Assembly: GCA_051362555.1 (NCBI GenBank)
Contig: CM120641.1
Span: forward strand, 32,928,401 to 32,992,400
Reading direction: 5' to 3'
Length of the DNA: 64,000 bases
From: Lingula anatina
Lineage: Eukaryota; Animalia; Brachiopoda
The notes under the pieces are model-generated. The model did no database searches and had not been told where the DNA came from. It worked only from the letters and a program-made list of their open reading frames with translations. Shown here one piece after another: positions 13,701-27,798 of this stretch (position 1 is its first letter; every line of letters begins with the position of its first letter). A program made the position numbers and the translations under genes.

Positions 13701-16700
13701 GTTGTGGTGGCCGACGGCTAGTGAGGAGGCCTGGCCCTGGTCCCCTATGACCAGTGACAGAGACAGGGCCAACTTGGTGGTCCTTGCTATTAATGGGTAG
13801 GGTTCAATTTTTGGGAAGCAGAAAACAGTTTTAAAAAACAGTTTTAAAAGTTTTAAAACAACTTGATGATATTTACTATAAATAAGTAAGAAGTTTGAGA
13901 ATTTTGAACTACAGTAGCTGTCATTTTTAGTAACTACATATTTACAAACATTAAATAAGCTTATCAAATTAAAGTTGGATTTTATTTCTGTTTTAAATTT
14001 AAGATTTAGGCAGAAAGCAGGGTTTAAAAAATTCAAAAGAGTAAGTTTGTAAGTTGATGAGTTGTGCTTCTTTAATAATTTTTCAGCCCTCGATTGGATA
14101 TCCTGTGTTACACAAGAACAGAATGTGATCCACTGAATATTACATTTAGGTCAGTAATGGTGGGGTTCTTTTCTTCTCGGTTTTAAAATGATGTCACAGT
14201 GTTTCTGTATATTTTGTAATGTCTAAGCACAACATTCATTAGGCATTGCTCTGAACATGATTATTTTAACTGCTGGGATTGAGGTGTAATATTTGAATGA
14301 GACCTGAGAATTTAAGACTTCAGTTTCATATTTACCAACATTTTTTTTCTTAAAAGACAGCCAGCATTTGGGTATTATTTTAAATGATTCCCCCATCTAA
14401 GGTGTGAAAGAAAGAACAAGTTGGATAGTTTTATCAGGAAGTTGTTAAAGAAAGAAAGAAAGAAATATGTTTCAGAATTAACTTCAAAATAACCATTTTG
14501 GTTTTTGTTCCTAGTGGTCACCATCCATTTAAGATATTTACCATAGAGCAAGCCCCCTCATCAGGAGGAGACATGTCAATAGAACACTGTACTTATGAAA
14601 TTACCAAGAACAAGGTAGTTATGTTTGATTTGCCAGCATAAAGAGTTTTGCTATTGCTAGGTTCTTTTGAACATAAGCACACCATGCTTCAGTCATTGCA
14701 GATGCATTAGTTGTTGCTGAAACAGCAGAATAAAAGATGATGAAATATTAAGTTTATATACATTTAGTTGTTTGCAGGAATTAATTAAAAACTCAGTCAG
14801 AAGCTGTTTTTCACTAATATTTTCTGCACACTTTTTTAACCCTCAGCCATATAAGACTAATAATAACTGTAAAGTAATTACCTACCTTAAAAGTGTATGC
14901 TACATGAAGACATGAAATAAACCATATGCTTATTCATTTCAGATTCACAAAACAGCACCTGTGACAACCATTCCATTGAAAAGTAAGAATAAATTAACAG
15001 ACTGTTTTTGAATATTTGGTCTTTATTTTTAGATTATCACACTTTGTTTATAAGGACTTTGTTAAACCAAAATTAGGAATAGTGACACAAATTATTCGAT
15101 GTAAAATTGTTGCTTTAAAAAAAAAGCATATCTGCTATTCTGTGATTTATGAAAGTGAAAGAAAATGTGACTTCTTCCTGCAGATGGCGTTATATCTTAT
15201 GGCCAAAACCATGCAGAAGACAAGTTACTATTGGGATGTGGTGATGGAAGCGTAGTAAGTAATAGAAATGTGCTGAGTTGGGAGTCACTCACTCACTCTT
15301 TTTCCTTTTTGAGTAATATTTGGTTTAGTGAGTTAAATGTAAAATTATTACGTAAATTTGTAGTCTAGAAATATTGAGAAAAGTAAGTGCAATGTGGCAT
15401 AGAGAGCTTGTAAATGTAACTGAACCTGCGCATGAAAATTGGTAAAGGTTAATTGATAAACTTAACCTTGAAAAATACTGAAAATTAATTGTAAGATAAC
15501 ATTTTAAATGGTAGTACAAAACTAATAAACTAATAATTGCATTTCTCTGCTTTAGGTTTTATTTGATGAAAAAAGAAGAATCACTCAATTTGCAAAAGCG
15601 AGTGTGGTGAGTAATATGTGAAAATATAAGGAGTGATTTTATTGCAATGTTTTTTTTTATTGTAATGAAAAAAGTGCTTTCTTCTTTTGCAGTTGTAACT
15701 TGCTTACAGGTGTCTGATGATATACATTTTCTCTTTCAGAAACCATCAATATTAGCCTGGCATCCCAGTGGAACCCTTGTATTTGCAGCCAGCTCAAGGG
15801 GGGAAGTTCAGGTATTAATTTACTTAATGCTTAGACTTAAAATCCACATGATATATTTACCTCTGGCAATGAAGTCTGGTTGTTATTGGACAAGTTGTCT
15901 CAAAAAGTTTTCAGAAATTTAAAGGGTAAAAATTAATTCAGGGGGAAGAAGGTGATTACACTTTCAACTGAATCCAGGTCCCCTGATATTCTCAGAAAAA
16001 TGTTTGTTGTACAGTGATGTATATTTTGCCTAAGTTGATGGTGGTCAGCACTCTTAAGCACACTAGTTCATTCCTCCTGCATCTTCATTTTTTTTATTGA
16101 ATGAAAAATGTAAAAAATTTTAGTGAAAAAGATTACTAACTAGTTTAACCTAAATTGGTGATGCTTAGAACATTGGTAATGTTTAAATTTTATAAAGCTT
16201 AATTTTTATTAATTTTAAGGTCTTTTTGTACTTTTAGCATAATAGATTTTGCATCTTAAAACATTGTTAGTGCATATGTATTTATTTGGACATATAGTGC
16301 AGCATGCAATGCCTAACCATACATACAATTGTAGGTGTTTGATCAAGCCTTGAATCCATTGCTGGTACAGCTAGTTTCAGAGGAGATCAACCCAGTAAAA
16401 GTCTTGGAGATTGGATCATATTTCAGGTATTGAGTATATATAGTGCACTACAAGTTGGTCTGAAGAAAATTGGACTTGTTTCACAAACAATTCATTATAA
16501 TTCCAAACAACATACTATGGCTAGATGGATTCCCTTTCAATAAATACCTTTGAGTCTAATGTCCTTCTGCATCCTTCTCTGCCGTGCTTCACTGCACTGC
16601 TGGAAGGATTTTTCTGGGATACCCCTCCACTCCTTCATTCTGGCTCTCTTTATAGCCTTCTGGTTTCAAAACAAGTCCCCTTTATAAGGTGAAGAGCGGA

Positions 16701-19700
16701 GAGAAAAAAACTCACACAGAATTAATATGGAAATTGCCCAAGTATGCGGACGAACACCTGAATGTTTCTGTTGAACAATTTCAGTTTGGGTTTCTGAATG
16801 TTACAATCCTTTAAAGGGGAAACCATGTACTTTGTTGTTTGGAACTAAAATGGTTTTTTGTGATACTGTTTCAGACACACCTCTTCTGTGAGATGTGATT
16901 GTTAATCTAATGTATCATAATCGATGCTCACTATTGTTCTGGTCTTTTCTTGAGGTAGATGTAGCAATAAAAATTGTCACCTTTTTTATCAGTGTTGCTC
17001 TTCATGGTTTACATTCTCTGCAAGCAGCATCTTGAAATGAATGAAGCCAGTATTTGTTCCATATTAGTTACACTTTCACCAAAACTTTCAGCCCCAGGAA
17101 ACGGCCTGGTAACAGGTAAATGAGTGTTGTGTGTCACATGGGGTGCGTTTTGTTGGAAATAGGCACAATCTTATTATAGTGAATGCATATAAGGAGTCAA
17201 AATTTTCATTATGGGTGTTATGTTTTTTTGTTTTTTTTATTTTGGTCTGGGAGCTGTGGAGTATACTTGTGGGTAGTGTAATAGTAATTAATTTAGATTT
17301 ACTGTTTATAACTTTCTGTTCAGTTTCTTTCTTTGACAAAGGTATAAAACTTTACGTTTATTGCTAAGGATATCTGTCGTCATCTTCTGATGAAGACTTT
17401 TGGGATATTGCTTTGAATATGCTGTAGCGTCATTTGCTTTGTGAAGTCAAAATGTGTTTTTTTTATGTACAGACCCTGAGTAGTATCTGTACATATTGTC
17501 AGCTCCTGTCTGTCCATGTCACCATAGCATTTGTTTCATAATTCTTTCTTATACTTTTAGTCTTGTGTTTGTGTATTTCAGTGTTTGTGTATACCAAAGC
17601 TTTTAAGCTTTAAAAGATGGATATTTTCTTATCGTCAAACTTTTTGGTTATATACAGGGCTTAATTACAGGTGCAGTCATTTAAAGTTTTATTTTTATTA
17701 ATTATAAAATGTCTGTACATCTTTCAGCTTAAGCTGGCTTGTTTTGTTGTGTGGATGTACACTCAATCATAGATTGATAGTGATTGCAGTGAAGACAAGT
17801 TTAGTTTTGGATTTTGGAAATAGTTTTGGTCTTGTTTTTTTGAAAATGGGTAAACAGGAGGTCACAGCTTGTAGTAAACATAAATGCATGTTTCACTTAG
17901 TGCTTTCAGTGGTTATGCACTGTCAGATTTTGTTTTCATTCGTGTGGTATGATGGAAAAATAATAAATAAAATAAGTATAAAAAGCAATAAATGAAGCAT
18001 GGTGATTAGAAGTACAAATATTTTTAAATTATGGGGATGGCACATTTTTATCACATGGATCTAAATAAGCTTCAGAAAGAAATTAAGTTATAAGTTTTAA
18101 ACTGTAATATTCAGGCCAAGTTTACATTAGATTAGTTGGTTGCTAACTGATACCATTATGAGTTGATGACAATTTTTGTCAGCCTCTGATAGTACGTAAT
18201 AAGATTTTTGGGATAGTATATAAATGTATATAATCTCCCATTAAAAAAGAAAAAAAAAATCTGTGATCCTCTTTTTACTTGAATTCCTTGTAGATCTCCC
18301 CCTGTGTTGAAGAGGATGGACTGGTGCCCTAACTCATCTGAGATTACCACAGAGTCGACTACAAGTAGCTTGTTCATGGTGTTTGATAGGTTTGTTATGA
18401 CCATGATCCTGTTTTTTTAACAAAAGTCTGTAGAAAGTATAGATGAATAGCAAGAACTTTTTTTTTTTTTTTTTGCATTGAGTTTATCAGATGATAATAC
18501 TTTTTTCAAAACTTTTACATGATTACACTGGCACATGTCAAATTAAATCCTGTATTATATTATGTGAAACAAAATGTTAATTTAAAAATGTTTTTTATCT
18601 TTTTGCTCCAGAGGCCCACTAGCTGTGTTTCAATTACATTTAGGCATGAGCTGCCCTGCATCCCTCACATCAACACAGCTGCTGAATCAGTATATTAAAC
18701 ACAGGCAAATTGATGAGGTAAAGTTACCACTTGATCATTAGAATTGTTTTGGTTTGTGCCCTATGATGTAAAAACAAAACAATGGATGTACTGTCTTTGT
18801 TATTGTATATGTAGCCTAGGAGAATATGTCTCACAATTGATACTGTGGTTGTGAGGTATTTTGAACAGTATTTTTTTAATTGCCAAGTGGCATTATTTGA
18901 ATATAAAATGTATACTCAATTATACATTGCATAATGATCATTATCAAAAATAAACTTGTCAAACTTGATATCTTAAGCCAACTTTTTGCCAATGTTACAT
19001 AGATGTGTAGTGTTGTCCAAAAGATAAGTGAATTTTGCTTGGATTTTTTAAAAATGGACACTGTGCATCAGACTGCTATATTGCAAAAATAATTTTTTCC
19101 TGGAAATTTCAGCAATTTTTCATTTTTTAAGGTATACACTAGCCAAAACTGTTGAGAAAAAAATCAGATCAATATATGATCAATTTGTAAATTTCTATTT
19201 ATATTATACCATCACAAATTAAATTTCGCTAGTTTGTATATATCTATTGTAATTGTAATGACTCAAAAACTAAAAAGATACATCTTTAAAAAACAGGATT
19301 GTAGATTGTAATTCTGTAAATGTTTTTATATATGGTATAGTATACCTTAGTTTTTAACAGAAAAGAGTTGAAATTGCCAGGAAAATTACATATGGCATAT
19401 ATAAGTCATAGGTGTATTGTAAACTTAATGTTCAGTTAATGGCTCATAATGAGTTTGTTCCAGGCTGTGAATCTGCTGGGTAGCCTAGACTGGAACAGCG
19501 AAGGGCAGACATGTCTAACTTGCCTTCAAGCTTTGTTCGACCATCTTCTCAGAATGCCTCTGAATCAACAGAGAGAAGGTCAGAATTTTGTAAATAGTGT
19601 CAGTGAGTTCTCATCAGTATGATTTCATCCTCTTCCCCATTCTTAACACCCCTTTTCTATGATCTCTGTCACATCATTACTCCATCATTATCTGTCTGCT

Positions 19701-22547
19701 TTTTCCATTTCTTAAACGAAGGTTGTTAATTACATATTTATGCAATAAATTATTAACTATTACATTAGTAATGACATTTCAATTGTTTCCATCTTTCAGC
19801 TCAGTTAGAAACTGCCCTAGGAAGTTTCTATGCCCCTGCCAGGCCTCTGACAGAAGCTGCAGTGCTGGAATACAGAGACCCAATCAGTAGATATGCAAGG
19901 AGATTCTTCCATCATTTATTAAGGTATTCTGTAAGGATTGGAAACAATCAGTTTTGTTGTGACAGTGTATGTTTTGACACATACAGTTGTTAGGTGTTGT
20001 TTCAGTCAATAAGGAATGAAAATTAAATCTCACAGTAGATAAGTTTCTGATGTTTGTCCCAAACCTCATCCTGTATGTATGTGCAAGTGTCCAGCATGAA
20101 GTTTTTATTGATAAAATTTTGATTTACAGACTAAGCAATATGTTTAAAACCACAGATAGTGGGCTTGGTGTAGTGGTCTATGGTGATCAGTTCACGTACA
20201 TTTAAATCATTTCTATATGTTTTATTGGTTTAATTTTTTCAGGTACACCAGGTTTGAGAAAGCATTTTTGCTGGCTGTTGATATTGGTGCCAGGGATCTG
20301 TTCATGGTAAGTTTAAATTGTAAAATCTTTGGTGTTAAGTTATCCCCATCACCACTTCTGTTATGCCTGAATAAAGAATAAAACAAAACTGATAACCACA
20401 GAAGCAAAAACCAAAGCAGTATATGTTTACAGTTTTGTGTCGTATTTATAAACTTATATCTAATTTTAAATTGTTATGGCCTGTCATCTTCACCTGCAGT
20501 TTTTAATTAATTTGACTTAATACACATATTGAACGAGACTTATTTTTATTTCTTGATCTCAGGACATTCATTACCTGGCGTCAGACAAGGGAGAGATAGC
20601 CCTAGCAGAGGTAGCAAAAAAGAAAGCAGACCAAATTGAAGTGGAGTCTATAGGGACTGGAACAGGAACAGGTGGGTCAATACGCAAGTTCACTCCAGGA
20701 AATAAGCTTAAGTGGCTAAGATGTCTGGCACGCCTATTTAAGCTGCTAAATGATAGTTAATTACCCCCTTACAGCTTTAGTAGGCATGCCAAACATCAGA
20801 GCTGCTTAAGCTGAAAGCAATTTAGCAAGAAAACCCTTGGAGATGGATCGATCCTGTTAGATGGATCTAGGTATGTGAATGAGGTCTAAGGGTTTAGATA
20901 CTATTATGTGTAACAGATGGCATGAAAAGAGCCATAGGCCATAGTTTAAGATATACCAGAGGTGAATTGGCCTTTTGTGTGTAAAGCAGATGTGTGTTTA
21001 GAAATTGTTAAATCATTGCCCTTGTTGTGAAGTTAAAATATAGAGTTGCAGCACAGCCAGATCAACATTTGATTGGGTGTTGGTTGCAAATGTGTTTTCT
21101 TCTGCGCAAACTAGACATATTGTACATGATCATCTCCATTGATCTGGAACATTTGCTTTTCTAGATAAATTTGCTATTTTAAAGATAGTGATATATTGTT
21201 TGTACTGAACCCCAGTAGTATCTGCTGTGTCATTAACTATTATGGATTTGACATAAACAAAAAATAATGAGACCTTGATTGTTACATGTATTAGGGAAAT
21301 TGAAATTGTTTCAGACACAGCAGAGTCTGTGGAGGAGGAGGACTTATCAGGGCCAGAAAATGACTTCCCACACCAAGAGAGAGCTGGGTATATTACCAGC
21401 TTAATGGAAAGAGAACAGGTATGATTAATGTACTTGACATGAAAAGAAACAATCATGCTGATGAAGAATAATTAAAGATGTAAAAGTTTTCTCTTTGGCA
21501 AAACGGCGAGGTTTTATTAGTCAGCTAAGGAAATGGGAAATGAATATCATGGACTGGAGTTGAGTCACAGGTTTTTTGGTGTTGTATTATAAATTATATA
21601 ATTAATGCGTAAATTATTTAGATAGGTAAACATTAATGCATGGCCAAGAAGGATGTATGTTTAAAATGAATTTTCTTTGCAGAGACAACAAAGAAGTGTC
21701 CAGCAAGGACATCACACTGTCCAAGATCACAGGGCCTATTACAGGTACTAGTATGTCTTCTTTGAGGTCAGCAATTTCAGTTGATAAAGGTGTATTTCTG
21801 ATGTATTGTATCCAGCATTCATATCCTCTGAAAATTAAATAATGAGGTTCTGCTTTCTTTGGCATCAGTTTGCACGTTTGTGGACAAAATATCTCAAATA
21901 GTTTTTAAAAATTTTTGCTGGTATTTTTAAGACAATTTCCCAAGAAGAATAGAAGTATAAATACAATTTCAACTGAATCTTAGATGCCTAATATTTTTCA
22001 AAAAATTTTCAGTTTCCCACATGTATTTTTGCATTTTCCATGGGTAAGATTTAGCATGAAAATCGGGTACAGAATACATTTAAGATATTCCTTTCTTCAG
22101 TGAAACTGCCAACAGTATTCCAGCATATAGCTATGAAAATGATCCAGTTTTGAATTCTGAGATGTACAGAGAGTATGCCTCGGCTTTCATGGATCCACAA
22201 GATCACATCTCAGAAGAAGAAGAAAATGTGGTGAGGATCTTTAAAAAATTTTATTAAGCATAGATTGCACACCTCCAAACAGAATCTTTTGTATCATTCT
22301 TTACTATTTAGTCATGAGAATTAATGATAAAGCTGGATAATAATTTGAAACATGAATAGCATGATTTTTTTTTAAACATGCAGTTATTTTTCCATTTTTT
22401 TCTATGATAAAAGAAGAAAAAAGCTTTATGTCATAATCCAACAAGACTTTTGAAATGCACAAATTATAATTGAACTTATAATTTATCTTCTAGGATGGTG
22501 ATGCCACTGCCAGCACAGTGAAAGTCATCCATTTTGGCTTAGTGTAA
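10709..22547 (+). CDS. WDPCP: WD repeat-containing and planar cell polarity effector (Fritz), multi-exon
   Basis: N-terminus MVSCLGELFIWTLKN; exons WTPKNRRPDRLRDSLKELE, DVEKIFIDKSLVGKL, LPGPVGRRLERR, VVLWWPTASEEAWPWSPMTSDRDRANLVVL, LEYRDPISRYARRFFHHLLR, FEKAFLLAVDIGARDLFM; C-terminus KVIHFGLV* (TAA 22545-22547). Confidence 0.95.
16530..16880 (-). mobile_element. Decayed Tc1/mariner transposase C-terminal fragment plus terminal remnant in a WDPCP intron
   Basis: Minus strand reads approximately IKGTCF..AIKRARMKEWRGIPEKSFQQCSEARQRRMQKDIRLKG, resembling mariner C-termini; a mariner-like end (..TTTCAGACACACCTC) lies at ~16815-16883 in the opposite orientation. Confidence 0.6.
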
Positions 22548-23957
22548 GAACGTGAAGATGTAGCCTAAATAAAATGACTATTTTCAAGGGACCAAAAACT
22601 AAGCTTAGGAAAATACAGAGGGCCAAGTTTTAATGAACATAAAACTGGTACATCCTAAAAAATAACATCATAGAACTTTCTATGATAGCATATATTGTGA
22701 AGGTCAGAGGGATTAAATTTACTGTCATTGGTCTGTAGGAAAGAAATCAATTCAGATATTATTTGATATCAGTATGATATATTACTGACATGATTCAGTC
22801 TTTTTTTTTTTTTATTAGAACACATTTCATGGTTACGTGATCAACGTGTTTGCTATAACATTGATGTAGCACAAGAATTTTAGATCGCCTCTGGTCTTGA
22901 TCAGTATTTCAGTTCTGGATGAAGGATGTAGAAATGTTACATGACTATTACAATTTTATAATAAAATAACGTTTGTATCATTTCATTATATTTCAATTAT
23001 ATCAGTAACTGGTTCTGATTTATAATTACTCTGAAAAGATTAAACTTTTTTAAAGTTGAAAAGGTTAAGGCTGGTGTATGTAATCTATGCATAACCTCAG
23101 AACATGTCAAAATGTTCTTATCAGCCAAAATTTTAATTAATTGTGTACAAAAGATCTTTTTGGATAAACAAGTGTTACAGTCTTACAAACTGTTTATTTC
23201 AAATAAATTTCATTTTTTGTACTTATTTAAAACAAAACTTACAATATGTACTACTGTTCTACACATTCAAAGCACAATAGTGATTTTCAACAACATGAAT
23301 TGGGGGGTGGATTGAGGCCATCTTCTGGGTCTTCCATAAGACAGGTTTTCAAGTTCACATCGATGGGTATCTAATGTTATTCTTTCAGAAGATGGTCAAA
23401 ATTGGAGGTAGAAAGTTTGGAAGACTAAAAAAATATCTCTGAATCCGCCCCTGAGAATTTTCATACAACTATTTTCATACAACATATTAAAGATTATTAT
23501 ATAATAATTATAATAATTCATTTCTAAAAACCCACCTAAAACATGCATATAATAACTGTGAATTTTCATACAACTATTTTAATACGACATATAAAATATT
23601 ATAATGAAATAATAGTAATAATTCATTTCTTAAAACCCTGCTAAAACATGTATATAATAATAGAACACTAACTACTAAAAACTAATAAAAAAAAGTAATT
23701 TAAACTAAAAGATAAGAGTTAACCAAAATATTATTTAAATTAAGGTTTTAAAGTTCTAAATTTTATAGGAATCAGGTGTTCATTTGCTGAAATCAACCTC
23801 CTCATAGAGTACGTCTCAAACTGGAGATTCTGAATTCATCTTTACTATACATAGTGGTCACAAAAGTGAAATACAGTTTAAAAAACAAATGTGTCTACAT
23901 GTGCGTTTTTTATAGATTCTGAAGAAAAGGGAAAGAGCAACTTTACTTTTGGGTCAG

Positions 23958-26740
23958 TTAGTCCACTTCTTTCCTAATTGTTTGGTCTGCATCAGGTTTT
24001 GATGTAATTGGTTGTTCAACAGCTACTTGGGTAACAGGGTTCTTTACTTCTTCCATATTATTTCCTGTGTTCTCCTGCATTTGGATGGCGGTGTTATCAG
24101 GGCTGGCTGCAGAACTTGCTAGATTACAGTTGTCCCCATGGATCTCTTTGATGGCTTGCTTTGTGGGAGGATAGCCTGGGTTTTGGCGAGGATGGCTTAC
24201 AGCTTCTGGGCCCTGACTGCTTTCCTGTTCACTCAACTGTCGCACAGCATGTTTAGGTGGTGGATATGCTGGGTTAGTAGATGTGGGCACTGCCAGCCCT
24301 TCAGTAGACGGATCATCAGTAGTATCTACACCTGCCAGCTTGCCTGAAGGTAAGTTGGATGCTGACTGCTGGGCATCCAACTGAGAAGATTCTCCCTCTG
24401 CACTCCTGATATTTTTCTGCAGATTCTGAATATCACTTTTTGATAAGGGTTGCTCTGTGTTTTCCATTCCTATACCAGCATCCTCTCCTCTGTTGTCCCC
24501 ACAGATCTCTTTGATGGCTTGCTTTGTGGGAGGATAACCTGGGTTTTGGTGAGGATGGTTTACAGCTTCTGGACCTTGACTGCTTTCCTGTTCACTCAAC
24601 TGTCGCACAGCACGTTTAGGTGGTGGATATGCTGGGTTAGTGACTGTGGGCATTGCCAGCTCTCCAGATGATGGACCAGGGGTAGCTTCCCCACCAGGTA
24701 ACTCACCTGAAGGTAACTGAGATCCAAGCTGCAGGGAGGCCAGTTGAGGAGTTACACTCTTCCCAATTTCATTATCACTTTCAGGTGAAGGTTTCTCTGT
24801 GTTTTCAACCCCATGTATCTCAGCTCCTTTACGCAATTCAGTTAGGTCATCTGTTCTTGGAGATCCTGTGTCTGATGTTCCAACTTTTTCCAAGCCTTCT
24901 GACTCCTCTACAGAGAGACCAAGCTTGCGCTGCTTACGATCACGATCATTTTTCTGGCTTAAGACAGCATCTCCGACTAATGTAGCAGAATTTGCCTAGA
25001 AAAATATTTCATTTTTACAGACATATTTTGGGAGAATTTAAGGACTAAAGTGACTAAAATTTCTGAAGAATTGTATTGTTATATAAGAAGACTAATACTT
25101 CCAAGAAAATATATTATCAAAGAACAAGTTGGTGAATTTAATGAAAAAAAAAAAAACAACAAAATACAGTAATGTTACCTCCTCTCCTCCCCCTTCTTGT
25201 TCCTCTGAAATTGCAAAAGAAAAAAAATGTAAATTAAATGTCTTAGATTGCATCTTTATCAATGTTAAGACAAACTAACAGCGTATTATTATCATGTTTA
25301 ATGTAAAAATACCTGTAACTTACCTATATCTATAGACAATGTGACACTTAATGTCTTCTTTTTGGTTCCATCATCACAAGATTTCTCCTGAAATAAATAT
25401 TTCAGTTTTGATGAAATTCTTATAAATTGGTAATATAGCTCTGATAAATTCCGAATCTGAAATGATTGTACTTGCCCTTGACATTGTCAAGATTTTCATT
25501 TTGATTCTTGCAGAGTACAACACAGGTCAATGAAACAAATTGCTGTTTCCCTTTCAGTACAAATATGCTACTTTATCAAAAATGGAAACATTTTTTTGGA
25601 TGACCCTATAATGCAACAAAATATATCAAACTATTATAGATGATAATGAGTGACTAAAAATAAAGAACAGTTATTCTTACTACTCACAGTTACTAGTATG
25701 ATAAACTTAAAAAGTAATTCACCTGGTACTTTTCCAGCTCATTCACTGATATTTCAGTTGGTAGCATAGTTTCCATGTCTATTGCCAGGCATTTAAGAAA
25801 AAGGTCTTGGGGATGAGGGTAATTGGCATCTTTTCTCAGTTTGGCATAGTAAATGGACTTGAAAGCTTCCTTCCACTCTTCTTTGGGAATTGAGGAGCTC
25901 TTGATGCAAAGTTTGTCTCTTTTATCAGCAAAAACAAATTTCAGAGATAGCGTGCCAGGTTCTGATACTCCAAACTAGCAAAAAGATAAGGTTCAGTAAA
26001 ACACTATTGCTGTGATAAACTATGTGCTGACATTTATTGTACAATACTGGTATTAATGTTTCACTGTGGTAGCATACAGACTCAAACCTAGAGGTTGTTA
26101 TATTACTGTGAAATCTACATAAGAGATATAATTTTTCTACACTCTAGAGGGCTTTGCTGTTAAATGTTTTGGAAGATACATTATCTTTTTGTAATTTTTT
26201 TCCATCTCAAGCCTTATACAAACCTGAAAGAAAAAAGTTCCTACTTCACGAGGTGGAAGCTCCAGAAAATGAACTAAGATCTTTTTCCCTTTTACTACAG
26301 GAAAATTCTGCAATTTAATATATATGATAATCTTATAGTTGGATAAATCTATAAAATGATTTATCATCTCTGAAAGGGGAAATTCTAACATTTTGAAACA
26401 ATCACACTTATCAAACTTATGAAAAATTTATGCATAATAATAAAAATACTTGAACAATATTGGAACATACATACTATACACTGTAAATGCACTGAGAAAG
26501 TAGCTGAAAATGTTAATTGTTACCTCAGTCTTCATCGACTGTAACAGTTTGCCTGTTTCTTCAAGATAGTGTTGAAACTGTTGAGGCTGGTTGTTGAATC
26601 TTTCACAACAAATTTGAAGAAGTTGACAGCTTATCCATTGATGAGAGAGATGATTGAATTGTTGTGAGAAGTTTTCTTGGAAATGTTTTATGTGTTCCTG
26701 GCAAATAATATGTAAAATATATGAAGGTTTTAAATATTTG

Positions 26741-26775
<35 letters not shown>

Positions 26776-27307
26776 GAAAACTAAAATTTCTTTTCTTTTA
26801 AAAAGTAACTTCAAGAACCCCTACTACTTTGCTCAAGCTGAAGTATAGGAAACAATAAAGGTGTTCAATAAATACAACCAATTTACAAGTGTAACTGTTT
26901 TTTTGAAATGTTAAAATATATCTTTAGATGTATACATGTAGATAGATAATGTATTATAATAATTTATACATCTATGTATTATGTACGCTAGTACCAGTGG
27001 TATTTTATATACACAATTAATTATGATGTCCCGCCTACATGCACGTAGCTGGATGTGTAAGTTGCACATGTTCTTCATATCATAAAGCAAATCATGGTTG
27101 ATCACCTGTTATTTAACAGTACAGATAAATATATGGTCCAAGTTGTAATCATAAGCATATCATACTATGATCATGGAATCTCAAACAATGGTATTCTATC
27201 GCTACAAGATAATTTATTAAGCATGGGTAAAACAACTGCATGTGAGTATACTTTTAAATTGAACAGCATGCAGTTGTATACAGACTTACCTGGATTATTT
27301 CCTCCAT
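23958..27307 (-). CDS. Uncharacterised protein: folded-looking N-terminal region plus a long disordered tail with a 121-aa internal duplication. Exons approx. 27290-27307, 26524-26697, ~26143-26223, 25724-25975, ~25324-25387, ~25179-25204, 23958-~24996
   Basis: MEEIIQ|gtaagt, EHIKHFQENFSQQF..SMKTE, VCIRLEMEKNYKK.., FGVSEPGTLSLKFVFADKRDKLC..LEKYQ, all with GT-AG boundaries; open terminal exon >300 codons. Junctions of the small middle exons are less certain. Confidence 0.7.
24130..24815 (-). repeat. Coding tandem duplication, period 363 nt (121 aa)
   Basis: TNPAYPPPK[R/H]AVRQLSEQESSQGPEAV[N/S]HP[H/R]QNPGYPPTKQAIKEI[C/H]GDN occurs twice (offsets 24597 vs 24234 and 24504 vs 24141). Confidence 0.95.
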
Positions 27308-27798
27308 TTTGATTTGAATATTTTCAAAACGTTTTTATATTATATTTAACACAGCGCGTGGAATCTGCCATGAACCATACGAAACTGGGTTTTTTTTACG
27401 TCATGCACCTTTTGTATTGTGTTTAGTTAGGGCATTTCCACGTCACTTTTCATACTGTCTTTACTTTCGGTCTCTTGTTGTCTGCATACATGAGTGCCAC
27501 TGTCAATAAGTCATTTGAAGTCCAAAACAACAACAACATCATATTATCCTAAATATTTAGTTCTTTATTCAACACTAATTAGCAATATACTTGTTTGTAT
27601 TCCAAGAAAGTGGCCTATCCAAGAAAGGGCCCCAAAAAGAAACACCATGGGAAATTCCCAGGCTATTTATAGCACGTACCAAAGCACCCAAGCGAAGAAT
27701 AGGGTGTGTTTCACTGTGCACAAATCCTGTTCCACTTAGCACTCGGTGTGTTTTGTTGTAAGGAAGTGTAGAATCTTATCACAGATTATATTTGAAGG
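27308..27798. promoter_or_regulatory. Divergent promoter with candidate NF-kB, CRE/ATF and IRF-like sites, a TATA box and a probable non-coding first exon of the downstream gene
   Basis: GGGAAATTCCC 27649-27659 directly before TATTTATA (~27664); GGGCATTTCC 27430-27439; TTACGTCA 27396-27403; ACTTTCGGTCTC ~27463-27474; splice donor GAAG/GTAGGT at ~27798. Confidence 0.6.
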
